From Nitrosopumilus sp. (lineage in GTDB: Archaea; Thermoproteota; Nitrososphaeria; Nitrososphaerales; Nitrosopumilaceae): a DNA stretch of 64,000 nt. The position numbers were made by a program, and so were the translations under genes. Location of the stretch: positions 1,056,001 through 1,120,000 of the forward strand of contig OZ240211.1 of assembly GCA_965197525.1 (NCBI GenBank). The letters are read 5' to 3'. Below, piece after piece: positions 49,875-60,528 of the stretch (position 1 is the first letter of the stretch; every line of letters begins with the position of its first letter). Under the pieces are notes generated by a model that saw only the letters and a program-made list of their open reading frames with translations, searched no databases and was not told where the DNA came from.

Positions 49875-51125
49875 ATGTACTCGTTTGCACACCTCGCTGA
49901 CTGTCATCTGGGTTTTCAAAAGCAAGATAGGTTACAAGGATTGGAGCAAGAAGTGTTTGAGGATGTGTTGGATGTATGTATGAGAAGAAAGGTTGACTTT
50001 ATCCTGATTAGCGGCGACCTGTTCCACACCAGTCTTCCCGACATGAGGGTTGTGCGTTTTGCATTCAAGAAATTCAAAGAGGTGTATGAGAGAGGGATTC
50101 CAGTATATGTGGTGTACGGAAGTCACGACTATAGTGTAAACCATCACTCTGTAATTGATTTGCTGACTGATGTGGGGTATCTACAAAGGGCAGACAGGCA
50201 AAAAGACTTTACAGATAAATTGGAACTGGATTTTATTGTGGACTCTTCCACCGGAGCAAAGATTACAGGATTACCAGGAAGGACCACCAGTCTTGATAGA
50301 AGATACTATCAGAGTCTGGACAGGGACTCCCTGGAGAGAGAAAAAGGTTTTAAGATATTCCAGTTCCATATCGGAATTGACGAGCTGAAAACTAGAGGGA
50401 TGCCAGAGATGGATTCCATGCCCATGTCGCTGCTGCCAAGGAACTTTGATTACTATGCAGGAGGACACGTGCACACAAAAGTTATTGAGGACGGGTATGA
50501 CAACTATGGAACCATATCATACCCCGGAACAATGTTTGCAGGGCATCCGTCTGACTTTGAGTCAAGCGCACGCGGTGTGGAGCGCGGCTTTAACATTGTA
50601 AGTTTTGAGGATAAGATAACTGGAGTAGAGTTTGTGCCTACAAAACGTGTAGGATTCCAGATGGTAAGCGTGGATGCCAATGACAAGACGTCTGCTCGAG
50701 TGCAAGAAGAGATAGCAGACAAGGTGGAGAAGATTGACACAGAGGAGAAGATTGTAATTCTAAAGGTTGCAGGAGAGATGGCATCAGGAAAGACATCAGA
50801 GGTAGAGTTAACAAAGATTAGCGAGGAGTTAAAAGAGAATGGTGCGATAAACGTCGATATAAAGAGGAGCCAGTTCAGTTCAAAAGAGTACAACATTACT
50901 CCAGTAAAGGGGGAGAACAGGGAAGAGGTAATCAAGAATATCCTAGTTGAGAATATCGGAGAGGTAAAGATGGAACGACAAGAGCTGTCAGGTGACCAAG
51001 GTGTGGCATTAGCTCTAAAGCTGTTGCACAAGCTAAAGGAACCTAAAGGTGATGAGACTGTCAATGACTATGAGGAACGGGTAATACAGGATGCAAGAGA
51101 GTTGCTGGGGATTGATAGGGATTGA
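49875..51125 (+). CDS. mre11: Mre11 nuclease
   Basis: HLADCHLG, GDLFH, GSHD, FHIG, GGHVH phosphoesterase motifs. Confidence 0.92.
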   Translation: MYSFAHLADCHLGFQKQDRLQGLEQEVFEDVLDVCMRRKVDFILISGDLFHTSLPDMRVVRFAFKKFKEVYERGIPVYVVYGSHDYSVNHHSVIDLLTDVGYLQRADRQKDFTDKLELDFIVDSSTGAKITGLPGRTTSLDRRYYQSLDRDSLEREKGFKIFQFHIGIDELKTRGMPEMDSMPMSLLPRNFDYYAGGHVHTKVIEDGYDNYGTISYPGTMFAGHPSDFESSARGVERGFNIVSFEDKITGVEFVPTKRVGFQMVSVDANDKTSARVQEEIADKVEKIDTEEKIVILKVAGEMASGKTSEVELTKISEELKENGAINVDIKRSQFSSKEYNITPVKGENREEVIKNILVENIGEVKMERQELSGDQGVALALKLLHKLKEPKGDETVNDYEERVIQDARELLGIDRD

Positions 51126-53563
51126 TTCTAAATAGGATTACACTGGAGAACATTCGTAGTTTCAAGAATGCCACCATTACTCTTGATAGGGGCGTAACGT
51201 TATTTCAGGGAGATATCGGGACCGGCAAATCATCAATCTTGATGGCAATAGAGTTTGCACTGTTTGGGGTGGGTACCAGTCTGGATGCGTTATTAAAGAC
51301 AAACACTCACTCTGGTTCTGTCACACTGGATTTTGAGGTAGATGGCATTACACACAGTGTAAAGAGGGTGCTAAAAAGAACTTCCAAGTCAGTAAAACAG
51401 GTTGCAGGTACGATTACCACGGGTGACGTGCAAGAAGAGCTGTCAGCATCAGAATTAAAACCAAGAATCCTGAGTATATTGAGGTTTAATGAACCTCCCA
51501 GTGCACGCTCACACAGCAGAATCTACAGATATGCAGTGTTCACACCCCAAGAGGAGATGAAGACCGTGTTAGGGAATCCGGATGTAAGATTAGAGACACT
51601 AAGAAAGGCGTTTGGGATAGAGGACTATCAGATAGCATCAAGGAATGCAAAGACTGTGGCTGATTTTATAAAAACAAAGATGTTGCAGGCCCAGATGGGT
51701 TTTAGGAACTTGGATGGAATAGTTGAAGAGCTATCAGATAATGCAAAAGAGATTGTAGAGGCAGAGAAAAAGCTCAACGAGCAGAGAGAAGAAAAAGAGA
51801 TGCTAGATGATGAACAAAAGGCAGCTGACATGGAGATGGAGACACTGCAAAAACAAGACAGTGACAGAAAACAGGTAGAGTCTGATATCAGAGTACTAGC
51901 AAATGATGTCAGAAACAAGAATGACCATTTAGAAGGGGTGATTGCACAGATAAAGTCAGAAAATGCAGAGATTACAAAAAAACAAAAAGAGATAACAGGG
52001 TATGAGCAGATTCGGATGCCTACTAGTAAGGGGTTAGACCAGATAGAGGCAGAGATAGCAGATGCCAGAGTGAACAAGGACAAACTGATTGGGTTGGAGG
52101 CAGAATTCGAATCGTTGGAATCACAGATTCAGGACTTGTCTGAATCATGTGATATACATGCAACAAAGGCAGATTTGGAGGAACAGGTTCGAAGAATAGA
52201 CGAGAATGTAAAAAAAGCAGAGGCAGAACTAGCACAATTCGTAGATAGACGAGAAGAGAACCAGAATATCAAGACAAAGTTAGAGCTTGACAATGAGAAT
52301 ATCAAGAAGAATCTTGATGAGCTAGTCAAGATTGATGCGCAGTGTCCCGTATGTGAGAATGCGATAGATGAGAGATATGCAAGTGATTTGGCGCAAAGGA
52401 GAAGAGACAAGATAGATGAGAATAATCAAAAGTTAGAAGAGGTTGCAGGGGTTTTGCATAATATTGCAGATGCATACAAGAGACTGATGTTAGAGATTGG
52501 GAGACTGGAGAAGGAAAAGACAAATGTGGAAAAACAGATTCCAATACTGCAAGATATCAACACAAAGAGAGAGCAGTTAAAAAGTAAAAGAGAAGTGATG
52601 CAGAGAGTGGAAGAATTAGTTTTTGTAGCAGATGATGAGAATGAGAACAGAGATTTTCTAGCTAGTGAACACTCAGATATAGAGAATTACCTAAGGGCAT
52701 TGCAAGACAAGCTTGTCAAGTATCAGAATGCGCAAAAGGATATTGCCAGATTACAAGATGAGATAACCAACAAAGAGACCAAGATTAAAGATGACACATT
52801 GACAAAAAATAACTTGGGTTTTGATATAAGAAAAGCCAAAAAAGAACACTCTGAGAAAATTACAGAACTGGAACGATTCTATGGAATTGCGCAAAAGATA
52901 CAAGGTGTACAGCAAAAGATGAAACTGGTTGGAGACAAAAAGATTAGACTGGAGCGGGAGATCGGTGCTGCCGGAACACATCTTGAGGGACTGCACAACA
53001 CAAAAGACAGGTTGACACGAGAGAGAGATACTGCACAACAATACAAAGACAAATACACAAAACTGGGCAACTATCATGCATGGATGACTGACTTTTTTAT
53101 TACCACCATGGGAGTAATTGAAAAGCAGGTGATGGTATCAATCCAGCAAAACTTTAACGAAATATATCAAAAATGGTTCTCAAAGATGATAGAGGACCCT
53201 ACAAAATCATCTCGAATTGACGAGGACTTTACACCGTTGGTAGAACAAGACGGCGTGGAGTTGCCAACTGACTACTTTAGCGGAGGGGAGAAGACCAGTG
53301 TTGCATTGGCATATCGCCTGACGTTGAACACGCTTATGCGCCAGGAGACTGAGAGCCTAAAATCAAATCTGCTGATACTAGACGAGCCTACTGACGGGTT
53401 TAGCAGGGCACAACTAGACAAGATAGGGCAGATATTCCGAGAGATAGACTCCCAGCAGATAATTTTGGTCTCACACGAACAAGAGCTGGAATCGTTTGCT
53501 GATAATACCTTTAGAGTGACAAAAGAGGTCGGAATGTCGTATGTTTCAAAGGTTGCAAATTAG
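51122..53563 (+). CDS. rad50: Rad50 ATPase
   Basis: Walker A GDIGTGKSS, coiled coils with CPVC zinc hook, signature SGGEK, Walker B LILDEPT. Confidence 0.93.
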   Translation: MILNRITLENIRSFKNATITLDRGVTLFQGDIGTGKSSILMAIEFALFGVGTSLDALLKTNTHSGSVTLDFEVDGITHSVKRVLKRTSKSVKQVAGTITTGDVQEELSASELKPRILSILRFNEPPSARSHSRIYRYAVFTPQEEMKTVLGNPDVRLETLRKAFGIEDYQIASRNAKTVADFIKTKMLQAQMGFRNLDGIVEELSDNAKEIVEAEKKLNEQREEKEMLDDEQKAADMEMETLQKQDSDRKQVESDIRVLANDVRNKNDHLEGVIAQIKSENAEITKKQKEITGYEQIRMPTSKGLDQIEAEIADARVNKDKLIGLEAEFESLESQIQDLSESCDIHATKADLEEQVRRIDENVKKAEAELAQFVDRREENQNIKTKLELDNENIKKNLDELVKIDAQCPVCENAIDERYASDLAQRRRDKIDENNQKLEEVAGVLHNIADAYKRLMLEIGRLEKEKTNVEKQIPILQDINTKREQLKSKREVMQRVEELVFVADDENENRDFLASEHSDIENYLRALQDKLVKYQNAQKDIARLQDEITNKETKIKDDTLTKNNLGFDIRKAKKEHSEKITELERFYGIAQKIQGVQQKMKLVGDKKIRLEREIGAAGTHLEGLHNTKDRLTRERDTAQQYKDKYTKLGNYHAWMTDFFITTMGVIEKQVMVSIQQNFNEIYQKWFSKMIEDPTKSSRIDEDFTPLVEQDGVELPTDYFSGGEKTSVALAYRLTLNTLMRQETESLKSNLLILDEPTDGFSRAQLDKIGQIFREIDSQQIILVSHEQELESFADNTFRVTKEVGMSYVSKVAN

Positions 53564-53677
53564 GTTTCAGAACTTGTGATTTTGTAAGATAATGTATATT
53601 TGTACCCAAGCATAGTATCTAGAAAAAAGTGAGTGTATGCCTAGCAATACCGTATTACGCCAAAATGTAATCTCTTA

Positions 53678-54592
53678 CTAGCGTTTATCTAACAACAACA
53701 ACAACCTCAAACCATCTCTCAAACTGATTTCATACTTACAATTCAGTATTTTTTCAGTCTTTGTGGTATCAGCCAAACTTGCTTTGACATCACCTTCTAA
53801 TGCTTTTTCATATACCACACCAACCTTTTGACAAGATAATTCTATAATAGTATCTGCAAGTTCTTTTATCAAAGTTGGCACTCCAGTACCAATATTAAAG
53901 AACCCAGATTCTACAGAATTTTGCATTGCAGCAAGATTGGCTCTTGCGACATCAGTTACATAAATAAAATCACGAACTTGTGTACCGTCCCCAAATATCA
54001 CAAGATCTTGTTTTGCAGAGATCTTTTTAAGAAATTTAGTAACAACACCTGCATAGGAACTCGTTTGCCCTCTTCCAAAAATATTAAAATATCTCAAACC
54101 AATGATTCTGACACCGTCGTTGTGGTATTTTGAAGCTAAAATCTCGCCTTGTAATTTTGTTAGACCGTACGGATTGATTGGATTCCTATGGTGTGTTTCA
54201 ACAATGGGAACCTGTTTAGAATCACCGTAAACGCTTGAACTGCTAGCATAAACAACCTTGATATCATGGTTTTTAGCAGCTCTAAAGATGTTCTCAGTTC
54301 CACGCACATTGACATCATAATATTCGTCTGGCATTGTAAACGATTCGGGCACATATGTCAAGGCAGCTTGGTGAAAGATACCATCGACATCATTTTTTAA
54401 AGCATTTTCTAATTTGCTCATATCTCTGATATCTACATCATAAAAATCGATATCCTGTATAACATCATCAAGATTCTTCATCTTACCTGTATGCAGATTA
54501 TCAATTACTATAACATCGTGGTTAGCAGATACAAGTAGCCTTACAATATGACTGCCGACAAATCCTGCACCCCCGGTAACTGCATACTTCAT
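53678..54592 (-). CDS. NAD-dependent epimerase/dehydratase (GalE-like)
   Basis: TGGAGFVG, ASSSSVYG, YGLTK, RDFIYV; ATG at 54592. Confidence 0.92.
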   Translation of the reverse strand: MKYAVTGGAGFVGSHIVRLLVSANHDVIVIDNLHTGKMKNLDDVIQDIDFYDVDIRDMSKLENALKNDVDGIFHQAALTYVPESFTMPDEYYDVNVRGTENIFRAAKNHDIKVVYASSSSVYGDSKQVPIVETHHRNPINPYGLTKLQGEILASKYHNDGVRIIGLRYFNIFGRGQTSSYAGVVTKFLKKISAKQDLVIFGDGTQVRDFIYVTDVARANLAAMQNSVESGFFNIGTGVPTLIKELADTIIELSCQKVGVVYEKALEGDVKASLADTTKTEKILNCKYEISLRDGLRLLLLLDKR

Positions 54593-54639
54593 AAAAGCAG
54601 TAAATCTGTCCATTCTTTTTAAGCTTTAACTAGTTGAAA

Positions 54640-55610
54640 ACAAGATTAGACAAACAAGTCGTCCTACCAAGATGCAGAATGTATTAAATTTAGCCGTGTA
54701 ATATTCCAGCGAGACTATTGAAAATGAATATCCAAAACAGTATATCACTGCACATCAGTTAAAGCTTATTCTATCACCAAGAAGCATACCATCATAGTCT
54801 ATTTCAAAGACTTTGACATAATAGTCATATCCATCAGCTTTTGAATCATAGACTTTTTTGAGAAAAGGATAACCATCCTCGTTGTCAAACACATCCACAA
54901 GAAAATCTGCTCGTATGTGTTTTTCGTTAGCAAGTGCGGCTCCAAATGGATTTAACTGTATCTGTTTTCTATCCGTATGGACTCAGGTCCCAAACAAATC
55001 TAGGCACGAATTTGCAAAAATTATGTCTTTGTTTATAAGGGACCTGAGTCCATACGTCTATCCGCCAAAATATGAGTCAGACCTTCATCTCTTGATTCCA
55101 TAATGTAATCCGCTAAAGAATCAAAATTATCCATAGATATTAGATGAATACCAGTCATATTCAATCGTGTGTCGGTGTATGAGTTCGGCCATCTTTCAAT
55201 TGTTTGGCTTGTTGCCAAATAAGTTGATTCACGATAAAGAGGATTAACCCCAGATATCATAGGAGATATCTTATCCATAATTTCAAATGATTCCAGATAA
55301 TGTTCATAGTCTACTTTTTTATAATCATAGAATAATACTGATGATACTATAATAGCTGAAATTATAACAACTATAATTATAGTGGATTTATCATGTCTTT
55401 TGATAATTTTATGGATTGCCAGCACAGATAAAACAGAGAACATTGGAAACAAGACATAAAAAAATCTAGTCTCTGTGAAATGGAAGATAAAATAAGCATA
55501 CAGAAAAGGCAGCATCATTATACACAATGATAAAATTATAGTATTTTTCTCAAAATTTTTGTCTCTAGAGTAAAAATAGTCCAAGCGGTATAAAAATAAT
55601 AAAATTCGGA
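54640..55610 (-). pseudogene. Decayed C-terminal part of a membrane protein (likely GT-C/PMT-type glycosyltransferase)
   Basis: ETRFFYVLFP plus TM helices (55033-55584), continuing in another frame with stops (GYPFLKKVYDS...VKVFEIDY); family is inference. Confidence 0.5.
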
Positions 55611-55837
55611 ATCAAGACCCATCCCAGATATTTTATAAATAATTCGCAATTGTTCACGTCTTTTGTTGATTTATGCCTCCAAACAACGCATGATGAAAAG
55701 TGAGTAGGCATGAATCATAGGCAATCTGAACAGGTACGTTTGATGTAAAGAATCATGTAACAAGTAAGGTTATCTTGTGTTTTGCATGATAAAGTACGAC
55801 AAAGAATGATCAAAATATAGTAGATCAAACCTATACC

Positions 55838-56521
55838 TTGATAAATAGAATATTTGTTATACCCCTAATCATGAATTTAAATAATATCCATATTGTTAAA
55901 CAAATTCTTCATGCAAGACGAAGACATAGAATCACTGATGCATTATCAAAAGTTAAAACAGACTCAAATACGAGTGTAATTGACATAGGTTGCGGCTTAA
56001 CCGGAAGATCATTTGAGGATTTTATTCCATCAACTTGGAGTGTAACTGCAATAGATTTAGTCGATCCGCAAAGTGTGAAACACACTCACCCACATTTTAA
56101 ATATATACAACAGGATGCTCAAGATTTGAGTCAGTTTACAAACAACCAGTTTGATTTGGCAATTTCTATTGGTTTGTTAGAACACATTACAGAAAAAACG
56201 CCTTTTGAAAAAACCATTTCAGAGATTAGGCGCGTTGCTAAGCAACATATTGTGATAGTGCCATACAAATATGGCTTGATAGAACCCCATTACGGCCTTC
56301 CGTTTTTCCCCATATATCCTAATTTCGTTAAACAGTTCCTGGTTAAAACATTTAATCTATGCGGCCAACGAGAGGCTATAAAACGTGATCCAGCGCATAT
56401 TGAAAAGTATTGCAGATGGCCCTCCAATAAAGACTACAAAAAAGAATTTTATGAATCAAACATATACTTGACATCCACACTAGAGCAGATCGTAATCATC
56501 AAATCACAACTAGATTATTGA
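55838..56521 (+). CDS. Class I SAM-dependent methyltransferase
   Basis: VIDIGCG, QQDAQDL, FDLAISIGLLEHI. Confidence 0.88.
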   Translation: MINRIFVIPLIMNLNNIHIVKQILHARRRHRITDALSKVKTDSNTSVIDIGCGLTGRSFEDFIPSTWSVTAIDLVDPQSVKHTHPHFKYIQQDAQDLSQFTNNQFDLAISIGLLEHITEKTPFEKTISEIRRVAKQHIVIVPYKYGLIEPHYGLPFFPIYPNFVKQFLVKTFNLCGQREAIKRDPAHIEKYCRWPSNKDYKKEFYESNIYLTSTLEQIVIIKSQLDY

Positions 56522-56812
56522 TGGTCAGGTTACTCCTTGACAGCTGACATCAAGAATTACCCCTCATCAAGTTGACAGAGCCTAATTATTTATTTTATAC
56601 CAGAATCTCAAAAATCGAATCTCTAAACTGCCCTAGTCAGAGACAGCCATTCTATACCATGATAGTCCTAAAATAATCCGTATCCAAAATAAGACGAAAA
56701 ACACTAGTAATCCTATGAGCAAAGATGATCTACATCCTAGAACATAAAGCTGAGGTAATTTGCAGGAATCTGAACTGTATCTATAACATACAAAACACAT
56801 AATTGGATAGCA

Positions 56813-57622
56813 TCAAGTGGGTAGTATGTACACCCCGGTGCTGGTACGTTTGAACATGTTTGTATGAAGACCAATCTTCTCTCGCATTCTTGCATAGCAA
56901 AACTTTCGAAACCACTTGCGGATTGATTCGGATTCCATCTCTTCTCTATATCTCATATAGCCTCGAAATACACTAAATGATCTAGTTGTCAAAGTATCAT
57001 ACAATACAAATGGTATTGGGTATCCACAACGGCGCTTTAGTGCTCCACGGCTCATGTAGTGAGCTCCATTGTACTTGGTTCCAGTTTTTCGTCGATACAA
57101 TAATTCGATATCACGGTATACTGCACTCTTATACCCATCAAGTCCAGCATGAGCAACTATTACTGCTGAAGGAAATGATGGCAACGCAGTCAAAAACCAA
57201 TTGGTGTCAACTACCATTCCAGATTCAGCTGGGATAACACGCGGTTCGCTTGAATCAGTACCACATGCGACCATGACGTTATCTCGTCTCATATGATGCG
57301 TAATACGTTCTACGTAATCAGGCGGTAGTGTTGTATCTGCATCAACGGCTACACTGTAATCTATATTTTTAGAAGAAACCTGCATCATAAGGTCACTTCG
57401 TTTTTGGTCATACATACTGCCGCCCAACTCAGCATGATGAGGCGCCAAATGTTTTACCTCTATACCTGGCATAGAGTCAAGTATGGCACCTGTGGAATCA
57501 GTAGAACCGTCATCAAGTACAAAAATCTTGTTTGGAGGAATGGACTGATTTTTGATATGTTGTATGGTTTGCACTATCTCGTCTTCCTCGTTATGGGCCA
57601 TCGTAAACGAGTTCCATTTCAT
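56813..57622 (-). CDS. Glycosyltransferase family 2
   Basis: AHNEE, VLDDGSTD, VDADT. Confidence 0.85.
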   Translation of the reverse strand: MKWNSFTMAHNEEDEIVQTIQHIKNQSIPPNKIFVLDDGSTDSTGAILDSMPGIEVKHLAPHHAELGGSMYDQKRSDLMMQVSSKNIDYSVAVDADTTLPPDYVERITHHMRRDNVMVACGTDSSEPRVIPAESGMVVDTNWFLTALPSFPSAVIVAHAGLDGYKSAVYRDIELLYRRKTGTKYNGAHYMSRGALKRRCGYPIPFVLYDTLTTRSFSVFRGYMRYREEMESESIRKWFRKFCYARMREKIGLHTNMFKRTSTGVYILPT

Positions 57623-58049
57623 AGTGTATTATTCCCCCATACATAGTTGAGTTTTTTTGACTGGGTGTTATGAAAGATATCTGTTAGACTCTCTTTGATC
57701 ACGACTACCATACATTTTTACGAACGGTTCTGTTTATTTTTATCTTGCTACTTGTATAATGATGATGGCAATATAGCAACGTGCACGAGTTTCTGTACAT
57801 GGTATTTTAGACCATCATAGGGTAATACCTCTTGTCTTGGGAATATGCCAAAAGCGCAAAAAAAAAATACATGGAAAATTAAAATTCAGATTCATGTATG
57901 GCTATACATATCACATTGGAAAAAAATGCAGGTACTAACATGATACGTACAAAAGATCAAACTATTCGTACAACCATTGTTTTTGTGCAGGTTTGGACGA
58001 TACCTAATGTTATACAATGTCGGGGTTTGGCAGGTAGCCATCCATCTTT

Positions 58050-58760
58050 ATGAACGGCTATATGATTCCTTTGGGCGGGTTTCTCTTCTGGAATTTCTTA
58101 AAATTATAATCAAACTTGTGTACCCTGATAAACTCATACACCGCTACCAGATGTGCGTTCTTGTCTGCATAACGTAGGAAATGATTCATTGCACGCGAGT
58201 ACGTTCCATCTCCTCTACGGGATTCAGATACGGATATCCTATAGTATACCACAGGACAATAATGTCGCGCTCTGCAAAGAATATTTCTGCATCCTGATAT
58301 ATGCCACGGTGCCTTGTCTGATATCAGTACCATCTTGCCTGCCTTTTTGTACACCTTGTCCATATGTTCTAGAAAGGAAGTAAGCGGTGTCGACAGTCTG
58401 AGAGTGATTAAAAAACTGTCTGCCGTCTTGTGTCATGCTGCATATCATTGAGAATCTATGAAATCCTCTACTCCATAACATGAATGTATAGGCACAGTTT
58501 TGCCCAATATTTTGCAGACATTGCGGTGTCCTTGGTGTAATTCATCCTGTGTTACAATTGTATATCCCATCTATGTATCTTGCAATAGTTTGATACATGC
58601 CGGCTCTCCATTTGTTCACCTCTTCTATTGGTGTTATACCAACCATGATTGGCTGTGTCTTGTTTTTTTTTCTAGAGTATCCCCCTGTCTGACATATCGC
58701 CTTATCTGCGACATGCCAATCTAAAATAGGAGAATAATCTAAATCCGTAATTTAGTTTTT
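58050..58760 (-). pseudogene. Heavily decayed IS630-family transposase
   Basis: Fragments QDE, LISDKAPWH and YPYLNPVEE in shifting frames; boundaries approximate. Confidence 0.7.
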
Positions 58761-58826
58761 CCAATGTAAACACTTCACTTTGTGACTTGTATGAATATTT
58801 GATATTGTGATTTTTAAACGAAGAGA

Positions 58827-59591
58827 TCAAGAAATGGTTTTTTGAAAAAAGCCTATCATAGATCTCTTATTGACATCATCAGAGATACGGGAGATCTCTT
58901 GAAACTTGCAAAGATTTGTCAGGTTGTTTTTGTGCTGTCCTATAAATTCATCAAAGGTGTTACTGTGAGTAATATCATCGGAGCATAAGAATCCGTCATC
59001 TTTTAAAAAGTTCCATGCAAGATTATATTCAAAGTACATAATCTGATAAGAGTGATCAGAGTCATGAATGAACATATCTATCTTGTCCAATTCAGACAGT
59101 AAAGGCTCCAAGAGTTCACAGACATTACCAATTCTTAAATTCCAATACTCTTCTTTTAGATGGTCAGGAACAAGATACCCCACACCGCCATCTTGCTGTA
59201 CGGTTTCAGATGAGTCAATATCAATAGAGTACAGCCTGCCAGAAGAGTCTTCTCTTTGTAAAGCAGTCAGAATCATAAACGATGACCAACCCATGCTAAC
59301 GCCAGTCTCAACGACTGTCTTTAAATGATATTTTCGGACAAGCGAATACCAAACAATGGGATATTTGATAAAATTGAATTTGGTGCTGACAGATTCTACA
59401 ATCTTGTTAATTGGCTTGTCTTTAGATAACAAAACGTCAATCTCATCGCAGACTTTAATCATCAAATCTCGATTTTTTTTAATGGAGACTTGTTGCCGAC
59501 TACAAATTTTAAGTTTAGCTAGTAATATCTTGGGATTATGTAAGATTGTATCTAATTTGTGAAACATGATAATTAAAACCATAAAATACAT
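58827..59591 (-). CDS. Class I SAM-dependent methyltransferase (Methyltransf_24-like)
   Basis: VETGVSMGWSS, IDMFIHDSDHSY, DDI. Confidence 0.88.
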   Translation of the reverse strand: MYFMVLIIMFHKLDTILHNPKILLAKLKICSRQQVSIKKNRDLMIKVCDEIDVLLSKDKPINKIVESVSTKFNFIKYPIVWYSLVRKYHLKTVVETGVSMGWSSFMILTALQREDSSGRLYSIDIDSSETVQQDGGVGYLVPDHLKEEYWNLRIGNVCELLEPLLSELDKIDMFIHDSDHSYQIMYFEYNLAWNFLKDDGFLCSDDITHSNTFDEFIGQHKNNLTNLCKFQEISRISDDVNKRSMIGFFQKTIS

Positions 59592-59625
59592 TTAATATGT
59601 TTGGCATTTCAGAGTAAACAAAGTA

Positions 59626-60528
59626 TTGATTGTAATATTAAATGATTATATCAGAGGAACAGTTGCAAATGAAGAGACGTTTTGGTCAAGGCTTGAAGAT
59701 GAGCTATCAGATACAGTAGCAATTAGTACTGCCAAGTTAACCGTTCCACTAGATAAAAAGATTAGAGAGATAAACCCGGATCTAGTTATTCAGAATGCTT
59801 GTTGGGGAAGACTGACAGATTACAAGACAGTCTCATTTTTACAAGATCCGTTAATAGAGATGAAAGCATTGTTGTTTGAGTCATTCATGCTAAAGATGAG
59901 ATTAAAGATTAGAGGAAGACAGTCGTACGGTAGCAGACTACAGTTACAACTAGAGTCGCTGAATCATTCCATCAAAGTCACAAACTCAAACTTTATGGCA
60001 GACATGTATCACAAGTCAGGAGAGTTCAAGGTTATTCCAATGGGTGTGGATCACGAGCTGTTCAGACCGATTAACCAGAAAAAAGAGTTGAGGAAAAAAT
60101 ATGGTCTGCCATCTAATAAAACGATAAAGATATTTGTTGGCAGTACACATGAGGTAAAAGGCTTTAAACAAATCAAAAAAATGATGGAATCGGATACTGC
60201 AAGTTTTTATATTCTGGTTTTAAAGGACGTGGATATTGGTTCAGGTCATAATTTTGTAACGTTTCATAAAATATCACAAGATGTTCTTGCAGAGCTGTAC
60301 AACTGTTCAGATTTGCTAGTAGCAAAAAGTCTTGTAGAGAGTTTCGGATTGGCGGCAGTAGAGGCAATGTTTTGTAATCTGCCTGTAGACACTACAAAGA
60401 CTGGAGTGTTTTGGGATTGGGAACCGAGCATGGACAAGCCCAGAGAGGAGGCACTTAAAAAAGGATTAGATAAAATCACATGGATAAAAAACTGGAGTAG
60501 ACTAGTCAATGAACAGATTAACAATTAG
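59626..60528 (+). CDS. GT-B glycosyltransferase (GT4-like)
   Basis: IPMGVD..LF, HEVKG, ESFGLAAVEAM. Confidence 0.88.
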   Translation: MIVILNDYIRGTVANEETFWSRLEDELSDTVAISTAKLTVPLDKKIREINPDLVIQNACWGRLTDYKTVSFLQDPLIEMKALLFESFMLKMRLKIRGRQSYGSRLQLQLESLNHSIKVTNSNFMADMYHKSGEFKVIPMGVDHELFRPINQKKELRKKYGLPSNKTIKIFVGSTHEVKGFKQIKKMMESDTASFYILVLKDVDIGSGHNFVTFHKISQDVLAELYNCSDLLVAKSLVESFGLAAVEAMFCNLPVDTTKTGVFWDWEPSMDKPREEALKKGLDKITWIKNWSRLVNEQINN

